Shown: positions 24,178-36,538 of the stretch, piece after piece
Numbering within the stretch: the first letter of the stretch is position 1
Layout of the letters: the number at the start of each line of letters is the position of its first letter
NCBI GenBank assembly: GCA_001600695.1
Contig: BCKQ01000008.1
Coordinates: 223,781-287,780, forward strand
Source: Ascoidea asiatica JCM 7603
Taxonomy: Eukaryota > Fungi > Ascomycota
Reading direction: 5' to 3'
Length of the DNA stretch: 64,000 bases
Notes under the pieces: generated by a model
What the model saw: the letters and a program-made list of their open reading frames with translations, nothing else
Databases searched by the model: none
What the model was told of the DNA's origin: nothing
Position numbers and translations under genes: made by a program

Positions 24178-27100
24178 CTATATTCTATATTTTTTTATTA
24201 ATGCTTCAACCTCAACTTTTACAATTGTAGAATTGTCATTGGCAGCTATTTTCTTTACATATGAAAATAGCAATGCTTTCATCGAACAAGTTTTTGAAAT
24301 TTGATCAACTTTTGTTATTAATTCAAGTGTAGATCCCATTGCTCTGACTGCACGTTTTCTGGAATTTTCAATCGCTGTAGAATTGCAGCATTTTGAGTAA
24401 ATGGTTTCCCAAACTTTTATAAAAAGATCAATATCCTGTTCAGAAAAGACATCTTTGGATAATTTTTCAGATGTCATTTCTTTACAAATCTTCGAAATCA
24501 CATCCGAAACCGCAATTTCTGTTCTCCAAGAACTTATAACTACTTCAGATTTAAAAGATGAAATTGAAGAATTCAAAATAAGTTTGAAAAGTAGTTTGGA
24601 TATTTGATTGTTGAATACCTTGAAGCAATCTCCAAGATTTTTTAGAACTAATATTTTCATCCGTTCTCTTTTGATATTTTTATTAGAAGACTTTATTGCA
24701 GTCAATTCTTCTTGTTTCTTTTCCATATCCTCATCTTCATCATCTTCTTCAATAAAATAATCATCTTGTAGCAAAGGTTCTATAATTTTAACAACTTCGG
24801 CATATATCAAATCTCCTGGAAATGTAGAGGCAAATTTTCCCAAAGAAAGAACAGCACTTTCCTTATACTTTCGATTTTTTCTTTTTGATTCTGTTATAAC
24901 AGTCTTCTCTATTCTTTCATATAAATCAGAAGAGTTTAAAATATGATTTTTACAACTTGCACACAAAGAGACAAGAGCCTCCAAAACGGTTTCTTTTCCT
25001 TCCCACGATCTACCTCTACAGGCTTTTAGAAGGGTTTCAAAAAGTAGTGAACTTATTTTAGGATTTAAAGCATCCATAGAACTCATCGAAGTTCCCTTGG
25101 ATATGCTACTTACAGCATCAGCAATACTTTCAGCACAAGTTTTTCTGATTAGATAAGATTGAGAGTCCAAATTATTTTCTACTATAAGGCAAATATCTTC
25201 TAAATATAATCTAATGGTTCCATTTCCAGCAACATTTTCATTCCACTCTTTGGTAAATATCTCCTTCACCTCCTTTACAGGGTCGTGCTTTGCAATAAAA
25301 GCTAACGGAAGAAAAGCAGATGCAACAGAAGAAAATGAGTTTGGAGAGTACTTAGCTACAGCTTCTCCAGAAAGTCCAACTATTTTACGGTCTTTTTCAT
25401 TGTCACTCTTGAAATATTTTTGCTGCAAATACTTTCCATAGTCCCCAAGTATTTTAACAGAACATATTCTAGATAAATAACCAATTGCATTCGCAAAAGC
25501 GGAACAAACAGTTTCATTTTTATCATTTGTCTGAGACTTGCAAGTTTTGAATAGTTTTTCACCGAAAGGCTTAATCGCTTCATAATTTCTAACAATTAAG
25601 GTAACAATAACTCGTGCACATCCAACTTTTGATGGTAGTCCAACAGATTTTTTTATTGCGAGCTGCAACTTTGAGACTAGTTTGGGCATTAATGAGATAT
25701 CAACTATTTCTAGCATCTTTTCAATACCGTTCATTATTGGAGAGTGACTAACACTCTGTAGTCTTTGTGCATCGATTTCTACTAATGTCATGTTATACTT
25801 GTCAGCATTCAATGCCAAATAATTAATAGCTTGAGGTTCTATAGCGGAAAGCATCACCAACATCTGTTCAATCAATTCTGGGATAAAGGGTTTCAATGCT
25901 TTACTACTATTATCGCACAATTTCAAAATTGTTTCTAACGAAAAATTTCTAATCTCATCAGCATCACTTAAAAGTCCTCGATTTCCAAGCAAGAAAGGAA
26001 TAACTGTATTCAAAAGAGATTGGGCTGTTTTTTGAGAGACTCCAGAATCCACATCAATACCCCTTGTTAAATTAGTAACTAAATAATGAGTGAGATCTGC
26101 TCCAGATTTTCTTACACTTTCTTTTATATCATCCATGGCTCTGAATGACATTGTCCATATAATCTCAAGTTTGGATTCATATTTTTCGTTTGGCAATACC
26201 TGAAGAAAATCTAATAATGCCGTGGCTCCAGCTTGCCTGACTCTCCACTCTCTATTTCCCAAACTTCTCAAAAGTTCTTCCAATATAATCTCGTAATTCG
26301 CAGAAATAGTTTTGAAAGAATCATCCACAATAATATTCCAAATGTCAGACATAGATCTTGCAACTGATTCGTTAGGATCAAATTTGTATCTGTAAAGTTT
26401 TGGTATAAGTTTTTTAGATAGATATTTATCATTTTTGAGTAATTGGTTCAAATTTCCTTTGGACATCAATGAACCTAGCCCAAATGCAATTCCTTTTCTA
26501 GATGACCATAGTGCAGAACTCTTAGCCATTGACATGAATTTATAAACTAGTCCAGGATCTCCAACGTCCGAGGCTAACTGCAATATGTCTTTATAAGTGG
26601 AAACAGAACCATCGTGTGTTTTGAAAATACCAGGCTCAAAAAGTTCAGTTTCTGTTCCAACTGTTCCTGAGGAAAGCTTTGCGGCATCTTTTGAATCCGT
26701 AAAAGATTTGAGTAAACCTTTGACTAAAGTCTCTTTCAAGTCTGAATCGCCTAACTCGTAAATCAATGATAATCCAGTAGAAGCTGATTCTTGTATTAAG
26801 TCATTTCTATCAGCCAAAAATCTCATAAAAGAAAGATGAATCTCTTTCGCCTTTTCTTTGATATAAGGAATTTCCCGACAGTATTTAACTAAAGATAAAA
26901 GCCATAAGCATGAAGCTCTTCTCATAGAAGGCTTCGTTGTAGCACTAGTGGTTAAAACTTTTTGTACGAAATTTTCAAAAAGAGAAGATGAGAAAGAACG
27001 AACTGAACTAGTTAAATGATCGATAGGTATATTTTGAATATCAATAGACTTCAACAATAGTTTAGAGTTCCATCCAGCTGCCAAAACTGTTAGTGCTTCT

Positions 27101-30100
27101 CCACTAGAGAACCCAAACTCTACCTGTTTGGCTTCATTTGTAGAAAATATTATATCTCCAAAGTGTTCTAATCTAAAATCACTTTTTTCCGTTACATAGT
27201 CTTTTAATGTCAAGGACATATATCCATAAGTCAAAACAGATTTTTCATGAAACTTTTTAACTCTACCTTCTAATAAACTAATGATTTCATATTGTATAGT
27301 TTTTACTTGAGCTTTGTATTCTTCTTTAACATTTTCTAGCTCTTCAACAAGATTGAATACACCAAAAATTGCAATCTGATTTAGGCCATCTAATAAAATT
27401 TCATAAATTCTCCAGTTTTGATGGTTGATATTGTATTGAATTAATTTTCTAAGCCCGCTAAAAAAAGTAAGAAGGTTGTCAGTTGTAATTACATCATATC
27501 TTCTACGAATAGACAATCGCGATACTAAATAGCTGAAAACAACAATTCTACCAGCAAAAAAGTTGTTATCTGGATTCGAGGTTATCTCTTCTGAATTTGT
27601 TATCTCTGATAAAGAGTCGAAAATGTTTTTAATTACAATTGATAAATTTGAGGTTTGATATTTCTGATTTGAACAAATGATACCAATAGTTTTAGATATT
27701 ATTAAAATTGCATCATCTTGCAATAACTTCAATCCTTGAATTGCAGCACTTTTCTTATGGTTCCAATCTGGGTTAATTTTTTGAAAATCAATATTTAAAA
27801 GTGTAAAAAGCTGATTGATTTTACCTGGAATGAAAGCTTCAATAACATTTGAATTTGAAAGAGATAAAATATTATTGAATAATTTTCCAAATTCCAATAT
27901 GTTTTTTGTGTTCCGTTCTTTACTAAGTTTGGAATTTGATTCATTATTCAAAAAACCATATTGCTCAAATATCATATTCATGTATGAGTTCATGTGAAAT
28001 ATAAAAGTGTCACTATCACTATTTTCTTGTTGTAATGACCGTCTGGAAATATAGTCTCTGATTAAATCTCTGAGAGAATTATCTAACTCAAATGATTTTT
28101 CAATTGTAAATTCCCAGTTTGAATCGATGGCAATGCAAGTATCAGTTTCATTAACAGACTCCATAATTAATATATTCAAGATATACTTGAAGCAAATAAA
28201 AAAACTGCTTTCAACTAATCTTTTGGGAAACGAGTCAGACGTATCGATGTTATTATATAACTTTACCTGCTTAAGGACTTCTTTGACCATTAATTCAAAA
28301 TTGGGAAATTTTAAATCTTTTGCAGATTTTTCACCCATAAAATCTTCAAAGACAGTTTTATAATTGGAGTTATTTTCTAACGTATGTAATGATGTGGACG
28401 ATCTAAGCATATTGAACCAATATGGGTTTAAACCCTTTTGAGATTCTTCAATAATATCCACTCTATTTATCGACGATGATCCCAAAATATTCATAAATCT
28501 AGCCCAAGGATCACTGTAATCAAAAATAGCATTAATAAGTTTAACAGATATGAACTTACATGTTAGTGCGGCTTCTTGTAATCCATCACCAGAAGTTTTT
28601 ATTGGTTTCAATATATATTCTGAAAGAGATTTTTTTAAAATAGATTGAAGTCTCTTAACTTCTTCCACTGATTGAGAATTTAAAGCATAAGTGAAATTAT
28701 TAATTAGTTTTGATAAAGAATCACTGATTACAGAACGAATATTTGAATCTTTCTCATTTTCTAATGATTTTAAAAAAAAAATAATATTTGCTAAGTCATC
28801 TGAAATTAATAGAGTATATTGATTTCTTATAATATCACCAAGAGTTTGAAATTGTAATTTTCTATTATCAATCATTATTGATTTAGTAGCAACCTCAGAG
28901 GAAATTGCAAATGTTGGCCAACCAGATAAATAAATTTTTGATTTAATTGCAGTTACTAAATTTTTATAAAATTTTTCTTCTCGGTCTGAATCTTCCATTA
29001 TAGTATCATTTTTATTAACTAGTTCTAATTTTTTTTTACTTGAATTATTTATAATATATTGCATTAAATTCATTGATTTTTTTTTAAATTTATCATTTTC
29101 AGATTCTAAACCTATGGAACAAATTCTTTCTAATGTTTCTATAGGTAAAATTAATAATTCATTACTTTTAGTTAAAATTTTTTCAACAAATGTTATTTTT
29201 ATGGAATCATTAACTGGAGTTATAAAATCTTTTATATGAACTTCTAAATTATTATTTCTTTCTGAATATTGAGGAACATATAATTTTAAAATTTCATCAA
29301 TTAAAATTGGATTGTCAAAAATTTCAGTATTAAAACTAATTTTTTTCATTAAAGAATCTGATAATCCTCTTAAGGTAGAATTATTATCAGAATAACCAAT
29401 TAAAGATAAAATTATAATTGAAGGATCATTTGAGATAAATTTTTTTTGAAAATCTAATAATCTTAAAAATTTAAGTAAATTTACTTTTAATTTAAATAAA
29501 TCTTGAAAATTATAGGAAACACCAGCTTTATGAGTAAAAAAAGAAACATCATTTAAACTTAGACCTGGACAATGATAATTGATTGGAATTTTACCAGAAG
29601 AATCTAATGAAGTTGGTTGTAATAAAAACATTTTATAGAACCAATTAAATAAAACTTTTGAATTATCATAATTTGATAATTTTAAAAAATCGGAAGTGAA
29701 AAATTCTGGATTTTTATAAATTTCACTATGTTTTTTATGAAATTCAGTTAAATCTTCATTCAATCTTGAAATAATTTTAAAAAAAATGGCAAGTAATCTT
29801 GCTAAAGTAGTTTCATCAAATAAATTAATATTTTCAATTATAAATGGAAGATAATTTAATAATTTTCCATTATCTTTTTCTCTATCAATTCCTTTTGAAA
29901 TAAATAATACTGTGAATATTCTAACTTTTATGGGATTACTATCTTTTGATATATTTGGATTTTTAACCTGTTCAAATAACTTATCAAGAGGTAAAGTTAA
30001 AGTTGGAATTGCATTTATTCTATTATCTAGATTATGAACTAATTTATAAACAGCTTTTACAACAGGTTCATGAGGAGAAGAAAGTTTTAATAAAATTGGA

Positions 30101-30198
30101 GGTAAAAAAATATTTATGGAAGTTTGAAATTTTTCTTCTGTACCAGCAAGAGCTAGTCTTAATTCAACATTATCAAGTAAACTTAATTCTTTTTCCAT
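24178..30198 (-). CDS. ECM29: Proteasome adaptor/scaffold Ecm29 (HEAT repeats)
   Basis: 2006 aa; N-terminal ELSLLDNVELRLALA..FLPPILLKL, STYKDILQLASDVGDPGLVYKFM, WSSRKGIAFG, LIPKLYRYKFDPN, EWRVRQA. Confidence 0.95.
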   Translation of the reverse strand: MEKELSLLDNVELRLALAGTEEKFQTSINIFLPPILLKLSSPHEPVVKAVYKLVHNLDNRINAIPTLTLPLDKLFEQVKNPNISKDSNPIKVRIFTVLFISKGIDREKDNGKLLNYLPFIIENINLFDETTLARLLAIFFKIISRLNEDLTEFHKKHSEIYKNPEFFTSDFLKLSNYDNSKVLFNWFYKMFLLQPTSLDSSGKIPINYHCPGLSLNDVSFFTHKAGVSYNFQDLFKLKVNLLKFLRLLDFQKKFISNDPSIIILSLIGYSDNNSTLRGLSDSLMKKISFNTEIFDNPILIDEILKLYVPQYSERNNNLEVHIKDFITPVNDSIKITFVEKILTKSNELLILPIETLERICSIGLESENDKFKKKSMNLMQYIINNSSKKKLELVNKNDTIMEDSDREEKFYKNLVTAIKSKIYLSGWPTFAISSEVATKSIMIDNRKLQFQTLGDIIRNQYTLLISDDLANIIFFLKSLENEKDSNIRSVISDSLSKLINNFTYALNSQSVEEVKRLQSILKKSLSEYILKPIKTSGDGLQEAALTCKFISVKLINAIFDYSDPWARFMNILGSSSINRVDIIEESQKGLNPYWFNMLRSSTSLHTLENNSNYKTVFEDFMGEKSAKDLKFPNFELMVKEVLKQVKLYNNIDTSDSFPKRLVESSFFICFKYILNILIMESVNETDTCIAIDSNWEFTIEKSFELDNSLRDLIRDYISRRSLQQENSDSDTFIFHMNSYMNMIFEQYGFLNNESNSKLSKERNTKNILEFGKLFNNILSLSNSNVIEAFIPGKINQLFTLLNIDFQKINPDWNHKKSAAIQGLKLLQDDAILIISKTIGIICSNQKYQTSNLSIVIKNIFDSLSEITNSEEITSNPDNNFFAGRIVVFSYLVSRLSIRRRYDVITTDNLLTFFSGLRKLIQYNINHQNWRIYEILLDGLNQIAIFGVFNLVEELENVKEEYKAQVKTIQYEIISLLEGRVKKFHEKSVLTYGYMSLTLKDYVTEKSDFRLEHFGDIIFSTNEAKQVEFGFSSGEALTVLAAGWNSKLLLKSIDIQNIPIDHLTSSVRSFSSSLFENFVQKVLTTSATTKPSMRRASCLWLLSLVKYCREIPYIKEKAKEIHLSFMRFLADRNDLIQESASTGLSLIYELGDSDLKETLVKGLLKSFTDSKDAAKLSSGTVGTETELFEPGIFKTHDGSVSTYKDILQLASDVGDPGLVYKFMSMAKSSALWSSRKGIAFGLGSLMSKGNLNQLLKNDKYLSKKLIPKLYRYKFDPNESVARSMSDIWNIIVDDSFKTISANYEIILEELLRSLGNREWRVRQAGATALLDFLQVLPNEKYESKLEIIWTMSFRAMDDIKESVRKSGADLTHYLVTNLTRGIDVDSGVSQKTAQSLLNTVIPFLLGNRGLLSDADEIRNFSLETILKLCDNSSKALKPFIPELIEQMLVMLSAIEPQAINYLALNADKYNMTLVEIDAQRLQSVSHSPIMNGIEKMLEIVDISLMPKLVSKLQLAIKKSVGLPSKVGCARVIVTLIVRNYEAIKPFGEKLFKTCKSQTNDKNETVCSAFANAIGYLSRICSVKILGDYGKYLQQKYFKSDNEKDRKIVGLSGEAVAKYSPNSFSSVASAFLPLAFIAKHDPVKEVKEIFTKEWNENVAGNGTIRLYLEDICLIVENNLDSQSYLIRKTCAESIADAVSSISKGTSMSSMDALNPKISSLLFETLLKACRGRSWEGKETVLEALVSLCASCKNHILNSSDLYERIEKTVITESKRKNRKYKESAVLSLGKFASTFPGDLIYAEVVKIIEPLLQDDYFIEEDDEDEDMEKKQEELTAIKSSNKNIKRERMKILVLKNLGDCFKVFNNQISKLLFKLILNSSISSFKSEVVISSWRTEIAVSDVISKICKEMTSEKLSKDVFSEQDIDLFIKVWETIYSKCCNSTAIENSRKRAVRAMGSTLELITKVDQISKTCSMKALLFSYVKKIAANDNSTIVKVEVEALIKKYRI

Positions 30199-30541
30199 TG
30201 TGATTTGATATGATAGTTTAATAACTTATAAAAAAATGGATTTTAATAGATGATTGTTTCTTGGATTTTGAAATAAAATAATTTTTCTTTTTTTTTTCTC
30301 ACAATTTGGTAACAAGCAATACAATGTTTTTATAAATGAAAAAAAAATAATACAAAATGTAAAATTGAGATTAAATTCTCTTTTCCTTTGTTAATTTTAT
30401 ATGAAGTTAGAAACAAGACTATGAATTATTAATTTTTAGATAAAAATCAATCAATTATAATTGATCAACATAAACTGATTTAGTTTTTATTGCCACCATT
30501 AGTTATTAGATAAATACTATATGTTTTAAGGTTTTAATATA

Positions 30542-30862
30542 TGTCACATCTGTCATGTAGATGCTTTCAGTCAGTCACTTTTCTTTAGAGTGAATCTGAT
30601 TTGAGTTACTAAAACGGCAGCAGACCCATACTTCTGGCGTTGTAAAAGCTGTAATAAATTATTATCATTACAATTTTATCAATTTTGTGAAATGTTTTAA
30701 AAAGAAAGTATTGAAATATTTCAAAAGCCCATTTTGAGTGATCAACAAAAGAATTTTAAGGATATTCAATGGGTAAAAGTTGAACTTTACTGAACTTTGC
30801 CTTACTACAATAAATTATTAGAAAATAAGATCAATAGAGATCACTTATGTATATTTAAATAA
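30542..30862 (+). pseudogene. Degenerate coding relic with a CxxC...DPYFWRCxxC zinc ribbon, possibly a transposase N-terminus
   Basis: One frame reads CHICHVDAFSQSLFFRVNLI*VTKTAADPYFWRCKSCNKLLSL..., with in-frame stops at 30602, 30698 and 30791. Confidence 0.35.
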
Positions 30863-30869
30863 TTAATTA

Positions 30870-31205
<336 letters not shown>

Positions 31206-32582
31206 TTATAATTCATTTTTATTTAAATTTAATATTAATTCATCATCATCATCATCATCATTTTTTTTTTTTTTTTTTTTTGATTTAAAATCATTTTCAT
31301 TAAAATATTTTAAATATATTGAAGATTTTTTTATATTATTATTATTAAAATTATTAATTGAAGGTAAAGATTTAAAATTTTCATTATTTGAAGAAATTGC
31401 TAAGATTGAATTATTTAAATTAAAATTTAAATTAATTATTGATTCATTTTTTTTATTATAATTTAATTTTGGATATTGTCTTAATCTTTTTCTTAAATTT
31501 ATATCCCATAAACATATAAAACCATCAGAACCTGCAGATAATAAATAATTATCAAATTTATAATTATCATTAATTATATTATTATTATTATTATTGAGAT
31601 TATTATTATTATTATTATTAAGAAATGTTATATCATTAACATTATAAATTAAATTCATATCATTACAATTAATTCTATGACATTTAAAAGCATATTTTAA
31701 TTTTTGAAATTGAATTGAAGGATTAAAATATTCTATAGAAATTTTACCTTCAATTGAAGATTGTATAAAACCATTTAAATTTGGCATAATTTTAACTTTT
31801 TTAATTTGATATTTTAAACCATTTTCTCTTGATTGAATTGGGTTTTTATTATTAATATTATTAATATTATTAATATTATTAATATTTAAAGGTGATAATA
31901 AATTTCTAATATCATAAATATAAGTTAATTTATTTGATAAAGATAAAATTAAATAATTTTTTTTAAAATCCATTGAAAATATTTTATTTGATAAATTTAA
32001 TGAAAATATATTATTATTTAAAAAATTTGAATTTAAATCAATTAAATTTAAAGATTTATCTAATGATGAAGATATAATTAAATTATTATAATTATTTGGA
32101 TTTAATAAATTTTTAACTCCTTTTAAATTTTTAAATATTTCATTATTTATATTTTTATTTAAATCAATTTCTTTAATTAAACCATTATATGAACCTGAAT
32201 AAATTTTATTATTATTTTTTGAATTCCAAGTTATATCTAAAATTGGATCAATATTATTATTGTTTTTGTTATTATTATTATAAGTTTTAATTAAATTATT
32301 ATTATCACAATTATATAAATTTATTAATCCATCCCATGATGATGATATTAAATGATTATCAATTGAAGAAAATTTAATTGAAGATATTAAATCATTTGAT
32401 GGATTTTCAAGTTCAACTTTATTTTTTTTAAGTTAGTTATATAATTAATATTAAAAAAAAAATTCTTAAAAATTTCAATTGAATTTAATATTTTAATTTC
32501 ATCATCACATACATGTATTGTTATTGTTATTATTATTGTTATTGTTATTGTTATTGTTATTAATAGTAGATTCGATATTCAT
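31206..32582 (-). CDS. BUB3: Spindle-checkpoint WD40 protein Bub3, two exons (32582-32513 and 32416-31206; 426 aa)
   Basis: SSIEGKISIEYF, YAFKCHR, SAGSDGFICLWDINLRKRLRQY. The frame is open from 32414 to 31973 (ELENPSNDLISSIKFS..SSSWDG). The intron has a GTATGT donor (32512), AACTAAC branch (32438-32432) and AAG acceptor (32417); splicing joins ATG 32582 in frame. Confidence 0.88.
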
Positions 32583-32807
32583 TTTAATTTTCAATTAATC
32601 AATTGAAATTATTCTTATTAACACTTTTTATAATAATTATTGATTATTTTTATTACATTTTTGAATTAAATTATTGTAAAATGGTTATTATAATTAAAGT
32701 TGTTTACTTTTCATTTCGGTTAAATAGAACATCTGGTCACATGACTTCTTCTCTTCTCTTCTCTTCTCTTCACAGAGCAGAAGTGAAAGGAATAGAATAG
32801 ATTAGAA

Positions 32808-33075
32808 TAGAAGAGAATGATTAGAAGAGAATGATTAGAAGAGAATGATTAGAAGAGAATGATTAGAAGAGAATGATTAGAAGAGGGAGTGAATGGGGTG
32901 GGAGTGAATAGAAGTGGGACAGGGGACAGGGGACAGGGACAAACAACAAGGAAAAGGCGGACTGGTTTCCTCAACTGGTTTCCTCAACTGGCTCTGTAAC
33001 GTTGAAATGTTCAAGAATAATGGAATTGGAAAGTAGTTGAAAAGTAGTTGAAAAGTAGTTGAAAAGTAGTTGAAA
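32808..33075. repeat. Short tandem-repeat cluster upstream of BUB3: 14-mer AGAAGAGAATGATT x~5, GGGACAG-type units, ACTGGTTTCCTCA x2, GAAAAGTAGTT x~4
   Basis: Units read directly from the sequence. Confidence 0.85.
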
Positions 33076-33724
33076 GACACTCGAGAAACACTCAGAGATA
33101 CTCGAAAGGTACAGTGCCAGTTACTCGAGAGAATATAACCTGGATTTCAACTGGGCCCGCCTATCAAGAAGCAGAACATTTCTCAGTTCCTTCCTTTTGA
33201 GTAAAACTCACCCCTAGTACTAGTACTACTACTAGCTAACTTCACTTCATTGATACAAAATTCTCAATAAAATAGAATAATAGCCTTGAATTAAGTTACG
33301 CGTATTTTATATTCTTCATTCTAAAAAAAAATAATTAAATAATCCTACTACTTTTTTTTTTGTCTTTTTGTTTTTGTTTTCAATGATTTTTAATACTAAT
33401 TTTAGTTCTTATGACCCATAATCATAATTATCAATAATCATTTAATAAATTTCAAATTTCAATTAATTTAAAAATTCGACTAAATTTTTACTTCATAAAA
33501 AAACAAAAACTTAAAAAAAAGTATAATATTATTATGATTACTATTATTATTCATTAATAAAAATTGTAAAAGTTGTCAATTTTATAAAATTTATAATCTA
33601 AATAACTTGTTAATTAATCTAATCAATCAATTCAATTAATTAAAATTCTTTTTCTTTCTCAATTTCTCTTTTTTTTTATTGAGGGTTAATTTTATTTTTC
33701 TCAATTTAAAAAAAAGTATTCATT

Positions 33725-34660
33725 TAAATTATATAAATTATATAAATTATATAAATTCTTCCTAGATTATCAATTATCAATTATCAATTATCAATTATCA
33801 ATTATAAATCAAATAAATTAAACTATATTCTTTTCAATTCAATTATAATCATTTAATATTATATTATAAACTAAGTTGGTTATATAACAATTCATCAATA
33901 TAATAATATATAATAATATATAATAATATATAATAATATATAATAACAAATAATAATGCAAAAATGTATAATTTGGGTTTGTCATTCATGTGAAACAATA
34001 AATAAAAGATTTGGAAATGGTGATAAATATTGTTTAAAATGTGATCATAGAATGTGTTCAATATGTTATTATGAAGTTGAATATATTCAAGATTCTGATT
34101 ATATTTCAATTTAATATTATATTCAATATTAATTAAATTTAATGATATTTTAATGATATTTTAATGATATTTTAATGCATTGTTTTTGTTTTTGTTTCTG
34201 TTTTCGTTTCTGTTTCTGTTTCTGTTTCTGTTTTTCTTTAATCTTTTATTTCAAAAATCATAATCATAATCATAATCATATTATATATATATATATATAT
34301 ATATATACTGTATTTTATTAATAATCACTCTTTTTTTTATTAAAAAATTCTTATCAAATATTCTTTTTTTTTTCATTTTCATTTTCATTTTCATTTTCAT
34401 TTTCATTTTCATTTTCATTTTAATTTTCATTTTAATTCTAATTCTAATTATTAAAAATCACCTTAATAGATCTTCATTTATATTCATTTATATTCATTTA
34501 TATTCATTTATATACTGTATAAATATATATATATATATATATACTGTATTTTCTGTACTCTACTGTATAATCAATAATAACCAATATTACCCAATTAGGT
34601 AATTTTCAATTACGTACATCTCAATAAACTAAATTAAACTAAATTAAACTAAAATAAATT
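33725..34660. repeat. AT-rich micro/minisatellite field (AAATTATAT, ATTATCA, TAATAATATA, TTTAATGATAT, TGTTTC, (TA)n, TTTTCA, TATTCATTTA, AAACTAAATT)
   Basis: Many different tandem units in the BUB3-ENT4 divergent intergenic region. Confidence 0.85.
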
Positions 34661-35356
34661 AAAATTAAGGGTTCATATTAAATTTTTTTTTTTTTTTTTT
34701 GGGTTTTGTGAAATTATTCTAAAACAACTGTATTTTATTATAGAAATGAGTTAACTAAAAAGATTCACAGTGTTGTTGAGTGTGAAGTTGCTAAATATTC
34801 AGATATCGTCAGATTCTCCATTTCCATTTCCATTGCAAATTACAAAAATACCCGCAATTCCCGGTGGATTTCCCGCAATTCCCGCAATTCCCGCGGGTGA
34901 CGTGAAAAGTCTGTCCTAGATTGCATTCCTGTCATAGAAACAAACTGTCCCTGTCTTGAGCACACTATCTTCGAAAAAAAACAGACCCTGCCACGTGACT
35001 TTGTCTATTCTTCTGCAACCCCTGCAACTTCTGCTGCTTCTTCCATTTTCTGTACTGGAATAAAATAAAGCTTTATTTTAGTTTGTGATTAGCTTCCGTT
35101 AAAGCCTAAAAAAACTAAAGATTGGTTCTAGTTTCATTTTCTCTTTAAAAATTTCAATTCTTATTCATTATTAATTCTTATCAGACTCTTTTTTTTTTTT
35201 AACAAATATTTTAACGAAATATATCAATATTTTCTTATATTATATATACAAAATTATCTTTGGAAATAAAGAAAAAGAAAATCACATTTTTTTCTTATAA
35301 GTTATCCTTAAAAAATTATCAAATTATAATATTTTATATAATTTTCAATAATAATT

Positions 35357-36538
35357 ATGTCAAAATTTTTAAATATAATTTCAAATTCATTTAATAATAA
35401 AAAAATTGAATCAAAATTAGAATCAACTTTAAAAAATTTAATTTATAATAATAATAATATTAAAAATTCAAATGATTCAATTCAATTAAATCAATTATCT
35501 TTATATACTTTTAATGAAAAAAATTTAATTTTTTTAAATAATTTTTTATTAAATAAATTTAATTTAATTAATTTAAATTTAAATAAATTTTTAATTAATA
35601 AATTAAATAATTTAAAAATTTTAAATTTTTATAAAATTATTTTAATTTTTAATTTCTTATTACAATCTTCTTCAATTCAATTTATAAAATTTTGGTTAAA
35701 AAAAAATTTTATAATTATTCATATTTTAAATAATTTAAATAATTCAAATTATATTCTACATAATTATAAAATATTTAATAATCAAAATAATAATAATAAT
35801 AATAATAATAAAAATAAAAATAATATTGGAAAATTATCTTCAATAAGTTCAAATGATAATTATCTTTTAAAAATTTTAAATTATTTAAATAAATTTAAAT
35901 ATTTATTAACAAATTATAATGATTTAGAAAAATTTAGATTAAATTTTCAAAAATTAAGATCTGAAATGTCAAAACCAAATATAAGATCTTCTTTTGATTT
36001 AAAAGAAAAATTAAATCCAACTTCTTTTTCCATTCAATCTCAATCTCAATTTCAAGATGAAAATGAAAATCAAGATTTTATTTCTATATTAAGTGATGAA
36101 GATAATAATAATAATAATAATAGTAATACAAACTATCATAAAAGATCAACTAAATCTTTAGATATTTCAAGAAATAATTATGATTATAATTATAATTTCA
36201 ATAATTCTAATGATAATTATACTTATTCAAATAATCCTTTTAATCAATCTACAATATTAACATTTACAAATTTATCAACTTTACATGAATCTCCAAATGA
36301 ATCTTATAATTTAATAAATTTTAATAATGATAATAATTCAAATTCAAATTCAAATTCAAATTCAAATTCAAATCCATTTCAAAATATCAATTCTATAAAT
36401 CAAAATAATAAAAATCTTAATGAAAATAATATCAAAAATAAAAATACTATTGATACTTTGAAACCGTTAACTCCAGATTTAATAAATAAAGAAAATTTAA
36501 TCAATAATAATTTTTCTAAAATTCCAACTATTATTTAA
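35357..36538 (+). CDS. ENT4: ENTH-domain (epsin-like) protein, Ent4-like, strongly Asn-drifted
   Basis: LNQLSLYTF, FLLQSSSIQFIKFWLKKNFIIIHIL and LLTNYNDLEKFRLNFQKLRSEMSKP align by eye with the recalled Ent4 ENTH helices. Confidence 0.6.
   Translation: MSKFLNIISNSFNNKKIESKLESTLKNLIYNNNNIKNSNDSIQLNQLSLYTFNEKNLIFLNNFLLNKFNLINLNLNKFLINKLNNLKILNFYKIILIFNFLLQSSSIQFIKFWLKKNFIIIHILNNLNNSNYILHNYKIFNNQNNNNNNNNKNKNNIGKLSSISSNDNYLLKILNYLNKFKYLLTNYNDLEKFRLNFQKLRSEMSKPNIRSSFDLKEKLNPTSFSIQSQSQFQDENENQDFISILSDEDNNNNNNSNTNYHKRSTKSLDISRNNYDYNYNFNNSNDNYTYSNNPFNQSTILTFTNLSTLHESPNESYNLINFNNDNNSNSNSNSNSNSNPFQNINSINQNNKNLNENNIKNKNTIDTLKPLTPDLINKENLINNNFSKIPTII

Noticed and set aside
33300-35300. Centromere in the AT-rich repeat field
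   Set aside because: CACGTGAC at ~34992 is not followed by a CDEII/CDEIII arrangement, and similar AT and repeat content occurs at other promoters in the window.
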